A stretch of DNA of 64,000 bases from Pocillopora damicornis (taxonomy: Eukaryota). This document shows, piece after piece, positions 37,301 to 48,895 of this stretch (the stretch's first letter is position 1; each line of letters opens with the position of its first letter). The notes under the pieces are model-generated. The model was not told the DNA's origin and ran no database searches. It saw only the letters and a list, made by a program, of their open reading frames with translations. Made by a program: the position numbers and the translations under genes. The stretch covers positions 186,001 to 250,000 of the forward strand of contig NW_020844115.1 of the NCBI RefSeq assembly GCF_003704095.1, given 5' to 3'.

Positions 37301-39147
37301 ATCGAGTTTTTATGAAACGACGCAAGATCGTGGTAGGACTCCTCCTTTGATCATTTAAACTGCATGAGACTCCGTGTAATTGAGAATCTAGAGTAAATGT
37401 GTAGTTTGGTTCTCTTAAGACTTAAAAAACGCTAGAAGACATTGTTTTTTTAAAAAACAGGATAATCCTGTTACGCCCAATGAATCATTTTTCTGCAGCA
37501 CATATACTACATTTGCTTCCACCCTTAGATATTGCTTCTCGCCGCCCATGCGGAAATATTCTAATCGCTCTTTCTGTAAAGCCAACATTTATGATGCGTG
37601 GTAATTTTCGGGAAAATATTCACCCCATGATTCGATTCTCCCAAATTACAACAATACTCGTTGAGTTAAAACAGCATCTATTTTTTTAAATTTGTTAACA
37701 ACATGAAATTTCGGCCGAGTGTTGCTTGCCAACTATCATAATCGCAAATCTGCAATATCTGAAAGAATCTTTTGAGCAATTACGTATACGTAAACAGCTC
37801 TCTAAACGTTCTCAATTGATATCAAGAAATATTATTTCTATTTGAGCTGAATTAGCCGTGAAACCTTTGTTGCGTTTCAGTACAAATCAGTCATCCCTCA
37901 ATTTCACGATTAACAACTCAACGTAATTAAGGTTGACTCGGATAGGAAAAAATCGTTTGTTTTCGTGTGATAACTTTGAGGATTTTTTCTATCGGGAGGT
38001 CTTAAATTGGCTTAAAAAAATTACGTTAAATCTGTAATTAGTTTTGAGGTTGTCACTTTAAACTTTGACCACTCGAACCCCACATTTCCGCAAACGAATG
38101 AAAAAATCAATTTGAAACTTGAAAGTTCGCGTGTCTTAACAATTTCGTGGTTTTAATTCTCTCCAGCAGATTTTTCGGTTTCTCTCGAACCTGTGAGAAA
38201 CTGACATTGCGTTGGGTCACAGGTTTCTCTTAAAGCGAGGAAAACAAAATGGGGAAAAGTCGAGTCGAAACTGTTTCCTTTTTTTAATTGAAAATTTAGA
38301 CAAAACTAGACTTTGATATTATCTGAACGTCACTATACCACCTAAATCACGCGAGTTCTACCATAACTAATATTTGGGCCGGAAAAGCAACAGCAGATTC
38401 CAACAAACGGTATCTTTCATTTTCGCCACCAACCCCGCGTTGAAACCACCACATTACCACGATACGTATTTTTTTCATTCCATAATTATATGGTCCCTGT
38501 TCGTCTGCTTGCATTACGCGAGTTGTGATATGAGCCTGCTCAAGCTATATTCATCTCTTAATAGTGACGTACATTCTTTTAAACTTCAAAATAATTCTTT
38601 ATGAACATCAGATCAAGTGGTCAGAGTGTTGGAATAGAAATCTTTTCAAGAAAGCAATTAATCGTTTCGCTTGGTAGATTTTTCCGGAAATTTCAAGGTT
38701 TTGCTGTTAAAGCAAACGGTTTCTACACCACTGTTATGGGAGAGACAGCCAGACTGGACGTTTTGTGGATGATTTTTGAGCCAATAACAGACTGAAGAAT
38801 TTCCATGGTAAGTTTTTGAGTAAATATCGAGTAGAAATCCTCTCTCACAGAGATGTCTCGGAGCATTCAGTTTGCACAAGTTCCCTGATAGTTCAAAGAT
38901 CGTAGCTGCCCTGTACTCTTCTTAAACTCGCTTATTTAGCGATATGACTTAGAAGTGAAAGAGGTATTTTTCCGTCGCTAACCGCAAAAACCTTGAGAAT
39001 GAAAACAGTAATGAATAGCCACAAATCATAGTTTTCGCTGTTTTGCCGTCATACAGGGAGAGTTAACCTTGTCGAACGCAGAATGATAACTCTTTTCAAA
39101 GACTGTTATTTAAAATGTTTCTTCTTTTCTGTTTAGAAACCAGCACT

Positions 39148-42100
39148 ATGAGAATAGCTGACAACTTCCCGCCATCAAAAAGTTCTGTTGCGACAGTTGA
39201 CGCCGAAAACTCGACGTTCCATTTACAATGGGGTAAGCGATAGCGATGTGTGCTTTAACTTCGTAACCAAAAGAAAACTCAAATCAATTATTGTTAAGTT
39301 GAGCGTTCGGGAAACAAAGTTAAGTTCGAAACGAGAACGTGATAGTCGAAATGAAAAGAAAAAAACCGAGTATTTTTAGCTTCTGATGGGTGAATTTTGA
39401 GAGCTTATTTACGTAAATGGAGTCGGTAGAAATGGCGGGAGTTTGAAGAACAATACTCAACCAAAATCCGGAATTTTTAAGGAAGTACGGATGTCTATAG
39501 ACGCTCGCGATCTAGTAGCGGAATGAATAAGTTCTATTTCTGTTTTCCGTAAGAAGTTAACACCGATAAATAAAATCAACCAGAATTTAACGAGTTATTT
39601 TTATGTCTCACTTGAAAACTTGATCCTAGACCTCGTTAACGTTTCCGTGATTTTTTTGTTTTGTTTCGTTCTCTTACAAGTACTGTCACGATTTAAGTGT
39701 TAGAGTCCGAATCTGCAAGAGAACAATCTCTTCTGTATGTTTTTTTTTTGCTTTGATTTTCGTCGGGGAAATGGTCTAGCTAATATCAATGCTCAGAAAT
39801 GTCCAATATTCCAATATTAAACTTAAAATCTCTTATCATCAAAGCGAAAGAAAAAAGACAAATCCCTTACACGACTTAATTTTGTTCTTATATCCGGTGA
39901 ACAGAGAATAACAGCATTTTATAGCGGGTTCAATTCTTCTGAAGGTGTTAAAAGTACTTCGAACAGTGTTTCCGATATTGATGGAACTGAAAACCTTAAT
40001 GTGGAAGTATCACGTTTAAAAGATAGCCTAAATTTCATTATTTGAATGACTGAAAGATAGGGGTACATGATAATAAGCGCAGATAATGTCTTTAATGAGA
40101 AGCGAAACGGAAAGCGCGGCCTAACATCTTTGCGTCTGACTCTGTATGAGCAGCATTAAGGTGCTGCTCGAGATAAAACAATGGCTTGATAAAATCATTA
40201 AGAACATCACAGCTAAACCAATAATCAAACTAATATTTTTCGAAACTATTTTTAGTCTTACATGACCCTTAGCGTTCGTACGGGACTATGCTTGGGAAAA
40301 AGTATCAGTCGTTATTTGGGTGACGAAGATATACCCTCTTTTCTCCATCTCTGAAACGAGTAAAAGTCTGAGGACGCCTTGACGCCAGTTGATATTCAAC
40401 TCTTGTCTAATGGAGCGAAAGAATTTCCTCTGATCTCCTCACTATGTAACGAAAATGTAGAAAAATAAACCTTATAATGGAAAACCTTGTAACATTTTTA
40501 TAATTTTCCTTTTATAAAGTTTCCTCATTTTGTCAGTTAAGAATATATACGTCTGTGTCTTCCTCATTTTTTATCTCACACATCAAGAATTTTGAGAAGA
40601 CAACAAATTTGTGGTACTCTTCTAATTGGTTTTGATATGGCTGGTNNNNNNNNNNNNNNNNNNNNNNNNNNNNNNNNNNNNNNNNNNNNNNNNNNNNNNN
40701 NNNNNNNNNNNNNNNNNNNNNNNNNNNNNNNNNNNNNNNNNNNNNAGTTATCTCACGTTGTTGCTATGCCAGGACGTATCCAAGGAGGCTCGATGTAGTT
40801 TCATCATCATTCACGACACTTTTCTTTTTATATTTCATTTTTTACGGAACAATATAACCGTGACTCTTCGGTAAAGTCACCAGAGTAACACTAAATCCTT
40901 TCAGAAACGTATCCACTTTTTTATTAGAAACACCTGCATCGTAGGATGATTAAAAAATACCCCGCATCTTAACTGTTGTTTTTTTTTTTAACTTGACTTC
41001 AAGACAAACTTTTTTTTGCTGATTCGAGAATTTTTTGAGAACGTTTGATGTTGCTATAGTATATTTCACTTAGAAACGTTTATCACAAATTCTTATGTAA
41101 TGATAAAGAAAGAAAGGGAAGTGAAAAAAGGGAAATATAGAATGACTGGGATAGCTCAAATACATAAAAAAAAAATCGGTGTTAAAAGAAATGAAACCCT
41201 TTTGAGCAACCTAAATACATTTTGGCAATGCCTCATTCTCTCACTGGATATTATATAAAAATATATATGTGCTTTTAGGGAAAAAGTGTAATTTTGGAGG
41301 CCGGATCCGCCCGTCGATTATATTAGTCACGGGTATTAATTAAAGCTGCCGACAAATTTTAATCTTTGTCATATATTTTTTCTTCACAGCTTTCATTGTC
41401 GCAGCTGTTTGCGGTGGGTTGCTGTTTAGCATGCTCGTGGTTCTTCTTGTGTGGCGATCGCGTGTCCGGTGTAAAAGTTGCCCTAATGAAAACAACAACC
41501 TGCCCGAGAGAACAATATCACGCGTGTCTTTTAAAATCCCACAGCCTAAAATCGAACCGATCCTCATTCCCACGCAGTCACGATATCCACAGAAAGAAAA
41601 TGACGAGTTTGAACCATTCCTAGATCCTGAGATTTACAGGTAATAATTGCAGACCATTATGAAAAAAACATTCTCTGTAACAGTCGACGATATGAACTCA
41701 AGTGGTTCTCGTGATATCCAGAATTATCAAAGTCTTTAAGGTCAATATCAGCCTGTGTCTCGGACCTATTCATTTGGGCAAAACGTGTCACGTCATTTTG
41801 CCAAGTTGTGCACAAGCCGTGTCACGATAAGTTTCCTGTGTAATGTCATGTTACAATCAAGTCGCGTGACGCAATGTCACCTGATGCTGTACATTGCCGT
41901 GGATTGTGTCCCCTTTGTTGTCATATAATGATCCTTGAACTAAAAATTAGAGGTACTGCCTTTTTTAAATATTTTTATGTGTGTATCGGAAGCACAATTT
42001 TAATCAGCGAGATAAAGTGTGGTGTCGTATTGTATCATCGTGTGTCATATCATATCTTATTAATTGGACTGGAGTGTTTTACCGTGAACTAAAACACTTG

Positions 42101-44378
42101 CAGAATCAATTCGACCCCCACATCCGGGAACTGAGCGGCGTATTTCTTGTATTTGAAACGAGTGGTCATATCGAGCGACGACGTCACGATTCCCGCCTTT
42201 GGGCAGCAGGCATCTAGTTTGTATTAATACCCTGTATTTGTGTTAAAGCCAGCTTTTCAATCTTTACCATGTATATTTATTGTCCATAATAAATAGAAAC
42301 TGTGATCACTCGCTAGCTCTAGATATGAATTTTATGTTCCCGTGGCTAGAACAATATTTCACCAGGTCGCTGCGCTCACTCGTGAGATATTGTTTTTGCC
42401 ACTCAAACATTAAATTCATATCTTCTCGTCACCTTGTAATATCCTCTACATTTGTTATCGCATTAGTTATTTCATGGTATCATGTTATTTCTTACATTTC
42501 ATATCAACCTCCTGTAAGCCTTTCGTTATTGATTTTTCTTGTTTTCAGAGAAGAAGTGACAGGGGAAGGATCGCCATTCCAAGGCTCAGCTAGACTCTGT
42601 TTCTCTTTATCTTACGACAAATTCAGCGAGGAGCTCAAAGTCTGTCTCATTCGAGCCACTCGTTTAACACCAATCGGAGAAAACGTCACGGTTACACCAT
42701 ACGTAAAGATATTTCTTCTTCCAGACAAAAAGCGAAAAGCTCAGTCAAGAGTGCTGCGCAGAACATCCAATCCACAGTTCCATGAAGACTTTGTTTTTAT
42801 GGTTTCACCGGTAGATCTACCAAACAGAACTCTTGAATTTACAGTCTGTGAATTCGATCGATTTTCCCGTCAGCAGGTTATCGGTCACGTGAGATATCCT
42901 TTAAGAGATGTGAATGATTTGAACTCAGTACAAGGGACAGGAGAGATCTGGGTTGATATCAACAATGAGGATCTAAAGGTTTGTGAGTGCTGACACCGAA
43001 CCGACTGAGCTCATAATGCGTCGACTAATTCTAAGTTTCAACATCCTTATCTAAGGTACCACCCCCACCCCCGGGGCATCTGAACTTTTGAAGATTGGTT
43101 CATTCATCTTCCCGCCCCTTGGGCCCAAATTGTGTTCTTACGCCCCACCCAAGTGCCGGATTTGACGATCAATTTTTTTTTTATGAAAGTAAAGATCAGT
43201 GAAATAGAATTTATATTCAATTACTTCACCAGCAATTGATTTGACTATGCAAGCTTTAAAGCCTAGACCATATAGACCTTTTCTTCTGAGCCATACGCTC
43301 GCGAAAGTAAACTATTTATCTTTAAACACTTTCTTATCAAAATATAAAACACGCATGTTCCGCTGGAAAGACTTGGCACTCCCGGGCAAGGTTGAAATTC
43401 CCCAAATGCCAGTGGAAGGATGTCTAAGCTTCAAATTGATTGGCCCATAGATGACGATTTTTCCACCTGTGATGACTATAACAAAGAAGTATCAATTTGG
43501 AATTCTGACCGTCTTTGGCAAACGCTTCAGATCTTCCAGTTTTTAGCAAAATAAGAACCATTTTAGTTTGAACAAGTTTTTTTACCTCTGAGAAAAGAAA
43601 GAAATACGAATTTTACGATTCATAGTCTAACCTCGCGCCTTGGTCTCGCTCGTGTTTTTGAAATTGCCAAGGGAGGTGTGGGTAAGGTACTTGACATTGT
43701 TAGCCTTTTTCATCCTAACATTAGAATGCATATTCTTCATACTGTTCTCTATACATTTCCTAAGATGTTGACAAGGAGAATTTGTGTCACAATCAAGAGT
43801 TTCTTAAATTGGTGATCATTTACTTTAATCCATGACCTAAACATATGATTGAAGGGTTATACTGTAAGGGAAAATCCAGAGCAAGATTCTCTTATGGGTT
43901 AAAGGGTTAATACGTTGGTTATCGGTTTCATTTTCAATCATTTTGTGAACAGAGGGTGCAGTGCGCTTCAAACATTTGTTCCTCGACTAATCTGGCATTT
44001 CACCCTACGTTAATGAAGAAATTACATCTCGTGAAAGAATAAAAATAAATTGTGCATGCATAGCGCAATGCAGTCACTCAGGGCATTTTGAAGGGAAAGT
44101 GTTTTCTGAAGGGAAAGTGTTTTCTGAAATAAAAAACCTCTCGGTCAACTATTATCAGTTCCTAACGAATAATAAATATACATGAACTTCCCATAGATTA
44201 AAAACTAGTTTGTTTATGATGTGAGAATTCATTTCGTACTTTTTGTTTCTCTTACAGAGTGGAGTAGACAAAGGGGAACTACTGTTTTCTCTGCAGTATC
44301 TACCTACCTCATGTAGACTTACAGTAGCTGTCCTCAAAGCTAAAGAATTAAAATTGAACGGAGAAGACACAGATTTGG
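39148..44378 (+). CDS. Synaptotagmin-like protein (N-terminal TM, C2A, start of C2B), 3'-incomplete. Exons 39148-39232, 41390-41639, 42549-42978, 44258-44378
   Basis: TM AFIVAAVCGGLLFSMLVVLLVW; C2A PYVKIFLLPDKKRK..NPQFHEDFVF..FDRFSR; C2B start KGELLFSLQYLPT..LTVAVLKAKEL. Phases are compatible. The remainder is presumably in the gap at 44855-44954. Confidence 0.85.
42320..42448. repeat. Palindromic interspersed repeat
   Basis: agatatgaattttatgtt..gtggc..aacaatat / atattgtt..gccac..aacattaaattcatatct. Confidence 0.7.
43700..43910 (+). mobile_element. About 210-bp MITE-like repeat (TTAACCCTTT..AAAGGGTTAA ends). Further copies at 44955-45158(-), 49489-49590 and 50030-50115 (partial), 52864-53082(-), 62194-62397(+)
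   Basis: Shared core atgcatattctccatactgttctctatacatttcc...gacaaggagaatttg in six places in this window. Confidence 0.75.
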
Positions 44379-44489
44379 GTAAGTTCTGTGACGAAGATCC
44401 GAAAATGTGGGTGAAAACCGGCTGGCAGTCAAAGCTTTCTTTAATTTCTTCCTCTAATATCTTAATGCATGCATCAAATTTGAGCAAAT

Positions 44490-44854
44490 ATATGACTGTA
44501 AATAAATGAAAATCATATATGTGAACTGCGGTTGAAGAAATGAATATGGAAACGATCCTCGCAGCTATGAGCCATGAACGTACGGGATTTGAACACATGC
44601 GATAATGGTGCAGCGTTCTACCAACTAAGCTAGTAAGCCAACTGGGAGCTGGTCGTTATATTGGTTCCAAATAGACCCTAGAGGTGAATAAATGACTGTA
44701 AATGTATGAGAATCATATATGCGAACTGCGGTTGAAGAAACGAATGAACACTACTTAAGTAATAATAAAAAAAGGCCTGAAAAAAAATGAGGCTCGTATG
44801 GGATTTGCACCTATGACCTTTGCGATACTGATGCATAACTGCGAGGATAGCTTC
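44490..44854 (-). repeat. Tandem tRNA-derived (SINE-like) repeat, about 2 copies; a related copy lies at 61790-61900(+)
   Basis: Duplicated atgactgtaaat..aatcatatatg.gaactgcggttgaagaaa, with A/B-box-like remnants on the minus strand. Confidence 0.55.
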
Positions 44855-45588
44855 NNNNNNNNNNNNNNNNNNNNNNNNNNNNNNNNNNNNNNNNNNNNNN
44901 NNNNNNNNNNNNNNNNNNNNNNNNNNNNNNNNNNNNNNNNNNNNNNNNNNNNNNCTTGACCCCTAACAGTGACTTACATCTAATTTCTCCTTACAATATC
45001 ACCCCTGAATCAAACATGAGGGTCACAAGAATAAAGGAACAGATCAGCAACCAAAGAAGCTCTTGACTGTTAGACAAATTCTCTTTGTCAGCACCATGGG
45101 AAATGTATAGAGAACAGTATGGAGAATATGCATACAGATTTTAGGGTGTAAAAAGGTAAAACAAAGTTCCTTCCAAATGTCTTGTCTTACTAAATGTCTC
45201 AACCACTAATACAGTATTTAGTTAATAACCCCCTTCATGCAGCTGATATGATGGCTGATAACATCCGTGGCTGAGATAGTCTAAAAAAGATAAATATTTG
45301 GCCAAGAAGCAAAGTACCACCATTGCCTATAATTCTCACTGTGGATAACTCATGCCAACTAACCCAATATGGTGTAATTTTTTTTCCATTAAAGAAGATA
45401 TTTTCCTCAGTTTTCACATTGTTTATTAAGGTAATTTAAGAGGCATTCAGGAAAAGCAAAATTCAGGGGAAAAGGGGAATACTTTTTGAAAACAAACTGA
45501 ATATTGAAAAACATGTTGTCAGACATCATTCAGGATACAGTTAGGATTTTGAATGTTGTAACAAAGTTTAAAGTTAACCCCTAAGCTT

Positions 45589-46473
45589 TCATAATATGAT
45601 TGCAAAGTTGTTATGGTTTCCACCATTCCGTAAGACCTTCTTTGGGAATGATTTGACCTTAGCATGGCCAGTTTTTCTGAACATGAAGAAACTCAATTTT
45701 CTGCTCTTATGGCGGGCACATGCTTTAAACCCAAGACTTTCCATCATAGATACAAAAAGATCGTCATTTAAGTATCTTGAATTGTTCAAACAAGGAAGAG
45801 GGAGAACAATAAACAGATATCCTTGGTCCATTATGAGCTGTTGACATTTTCGAAGCATCTGCCCTCGTCTACGTACGTCACCTTCAAAGTTGATCACCAA
45901 ACTTAAGACAACAACATCATACAGTTTGTTGCCTTCAAGTTTAAGAAAATCTGCCTTCACAACAGCGTCACTCCGCGGATTTAAATCAATAGATGTACAC
46001 TGAATCCATTTTTGGTGCTTTCTATAGTTATTGTCAAGAGCACCAACATCAAGTAACCTTATTTTTGCCTCTGTGGCTTTAGTTGTGACAGAGTTTACTT
46101 TACAAACATCAAAATCTCTTATCTGCTTCAGTATCCATTTTGCTGAGTTAAAACTCCCATGACGAGCCTCTCCAAGTTTCGATGCCTTTTGGTAAGCATT
46201 TATACCACCAAGCTTTTCTTTCTTCGCTTCGAGATTCGCAATTTGAATTGACCTATCTTTCATTTGAATTGAGGTACTCCTCCGTAGAGAGTCGATTTTC
46301 TTGTTCAAAGCATGGTATTCATTTATAATTCTTCGGTCTTTTCTTGAATTGATCTCCACCACTGGCTTCTTCGGTACCTTCTTCTTTTTCTTAGCTTTTG
46401 ATTTTTTGACCTTCCTCTCTGTTTCACAGCGTTTGCTTGAGGCAAAAGATACAGCACTAGCAACGTCCGCCAT
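45589..46473 (-). CDS. BMT2: Bmt2-family SAM-dependent rRNA adenine-N1 methyltransferase (intronless)
   Basis: Motifs GGINAYQKAS, LLDVGAL, IDLN, DFL, DVVVLSLVINFEGDVRRRGQML, LFIVLPLPCLNNSRY and NNFAI. The likely start is aatATGGCG at 46473; the upstream ATG at 46608 lies in RPS24 intron 1. Confidence 0.88.
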   Translation of the reverse strand: MADVASAVSFASSKRCETERKVKKSKAKKKKKVPKKPVVEINSRKDRRIINEYHALNKKIDSLRRSTSIQMKDRSIQIANLEAKKEKLGGINAYQKASKLGEARHGSFNSAKWILKQIRDFDVCKVNSVTTKATEAKIRLLDVGALDNNYRKHQKWIQCTSIDLNPRSDAVVKADFLKLEGNKLYDVVVLSLVINFEGDVRRRGQMLRKCQQLIMDQGYLFIVLPLPCLNNSRYLNDDLFVSMMESLGFKACARHKSRKLSFFMFRKTGHAKVKSFPKKVLRNGGNHNNFAIIL

Positions 46474-46548
46474 ATTTGATGAGAAAGGCCAGGCTACGAA
46501 GCAAATCGTGGCCTCTCCTTCGTTCTCTTTAATGTCTACCTGAGCAAA
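46474..46548. promoter_or_regulatory. Compact bidirectional promoter with TCT/5'TOP pyrimidine tract (cctctccttcgttctcttt, 46512-46530)
   Basis: Lies between the divergent ATGs of BMT2-like and RPS24; a pyrimidine-tract initiator is typical of ribosomal protein genes. Confidence 0.7.
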
Positions 46549-48895
46549 ATGGTGAGTTTGAAGCGAAGTGAGGAGAGCAATCCTCTCAATACTAATGCAT
46601 CCGTCCATTTCTGAAGTTAAAACGAAATGTAATGAATAAATAAATACTTATATAATAATTCTGGAGGTCTTTTCTGAAATTTCTTGCGGGAAAACGTCAT
46701 TTACAGTGTTGTTGAAGTTCGTTAACATCATTGTGGAAGATGCTGAACACACTAGTAGTGGAGGCCCAGAAGTTGCTCATTTCCTATCAACGTACAATAT
46801 GACTCCATGTTTATTCGTATAAGTCTAAGCAAATTTCGAATAAAATGTATCATAGAGGAAAATACCCTGTTATCGTGAATTAAACCGATGAACAGTTCAT
46901 GTTTTTGTATGTTATAGAGCGACGGTACAGCAACAATCAGAACGAGAAAGTTCCTTACTAACCGCCTGCTTCAACGGAAGCAAATGGTAATTCATACCCT
47001 TAATGTTATATTTTATTGCCTTGTTGTAGCTTTAATGTGGCTCTTTCCTCAGAATCCTTTGATAAGATCCGGGGGAAATATCTCTTCTTCGTGTAAAGGA
47101 GGTCTGTTTTGTACCCGACTTTTCTGTGGCTTTTTAGTGTTGTATCAGTGTGTTAGTGTGCCAATTTTGTCCTATTCCAATACTAATTGTATGTACGTGG
47201 TAGAGCGTAGATGTAGGTAATGTCCTCATAACTCTTCTCTTATTCTATGTTAATGAAAATTTTTTTTGCTAGAATAAGAGCGGAATTTTTGGTTTAAGAT
47301 CTTTGTTTGATATATCCTATAGGGATATTCCTTGTTCTGTAGTCCCGAGTTATTATCAAAGTTCTGCTTCTAAACAAATAGACTCTATGTTGCTGTGCAT
47401 TTGTAATAACATCAAAAAGAGGTAAGTAAAAAAGTGGTACACAAGACAGAGGGGAGTGTGTCACTGATGTTCTTACCAGATTTTGACATCTTCTGTGATC
47501 TAGTTACTTTCTTTCTACATCAAGCTGTTTAAAGCACATGTGTGAACTGATGCAAAACATGCTGATTTGTTTGATTCATAGGTGGTAGATATTCTTCACC
47601 CTGGAAGACCAAATGTCTCAAAGGCTGAAGTCCGTGAAAAGTTGGCCAAAGTGTATAAAACCACCCCAGATGTAATTTTCTGTTTTGGTTTTAAAACTGC
47701 TTATGGCGGTGGCAGGAGTACTGGTTTTGCTTTGATATATGACTCCCTGGATTTTGCTAAGAAGTTTGAACCAAAGTACCGCCTGACTAGAGTGAGTTAA
47801 AGTACATTTACATGAAATTAAGCTCATAATTCATGTCAACTCTAAGAGTAGTTTGTACACTTGTGCAAACATTGTTACTCAGTTAAAGACAGTGTTATAT
47901 TACTGTCAGACTTAAGATCCAAATTTCCAATGACCTGGTATTGTCTAATTGTTAATAAACAAAGAGGGTAAGTTTCTGAAGAAACTGTGGTGCTACGTCT
48001 GTGGGGGAGTATAACAAGATAATGTTGGTTTTATCAACTGAGTTGATAATGTAAATTGCCACTGTAAAGAGTTCCAAAGCTGATGCTTCGAGCATTAGCC
48101 CCTCATTGTTTGCTCTGATGGAGAGCTAACGCTTGAAATGTCAGCTTTGAAAATCTTTATGGTGGCCAATTTACATTAACAACTCAGCTGATAAAACCAG
48201 AATTAGCAAAACTTGTCAGGAAAAAATTGCTGAATGGCAAAAGTACCCTAGGAATATTGTTATACTCTAACCTCTGAAACTTTGAATCAAAATTTTGATT
48301 TGGGCTGTTGTGTTTTGCTGACCATTTTATTTTTTTTCATCACCTGTCCAGCATGGACTTTATGAAAAGCCAAAGTCATCACGCAAACAGCGAAAGGAAA
48401 AGAAGAACAGAATGAAGAAGGTTCGTGGAACAAAGAAGGCTAAAGTTGGTGCTACAGGAAAGAAGGTTAGTCCAGTTGTTTTATTTATTCATTGTCAAAT
48501 TTTTATTTTGTTTCATTCATGGAGGACTGCATTGGCTCTGCTTAATAATATGCCCTGAGAATGATCTTGAGAATTCACTGTACCCTCTCAGCAAATCACC
48601 CTTAAAAGGAAACGGTAAAAAATAAAAGTGATCATGTTTATCTTGGTTCTATTTTTTGGATGTGAGGTTATCTTAGTTCATGAGTAGTGATCAATTGATA
48701 TAAGGAAGGAAAATGGTTCCTTTACTTGTCTTTTTTTTGTTTCTTAATCAAAATGAAAATAATTACAAGGTTGGATAGCTAATACTTTCATGGGGAAGGA
48801 TATTCATGGGATTATTTCATTTCAAACTTAACTGTGTGAGAAAACAATTATACTGTCAGTCATTCATATTTTGTTTCTCTTTTCCTTTTCAGTAA
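46549..48895 (+). CDS. RPS24: 40S ribosomal protein S24 (eS24). Exons 46549-46551, 46918-46986, 47582-47791, 48352-48465, 48893-48895
   Basis: M|[23 protein letters not shown]|[23 protein letters not shown]|[34 protein letters not shown]|stop. Confidence 0.97.
47960..48200. mobile_element. Palindromic Penelope-associated repeat with degenerate hammerhead-like core; a related copy lies at 54400-54605
   Basis: Inverted repeat tggttttatcaactgagttgataatgtaaattg...caatttacattaacaactcagctgataaaacca around ctgatggagagctaacgcttgaaatgtcagc. Confidence 0.55.

Noticed and set aside
46987-47581. Intronic snoRNA in RPS24
   Set aside because: Only a weak hairpin and ACA candidate near 47435-47510; unsupported without a snoReport or Infernal search.
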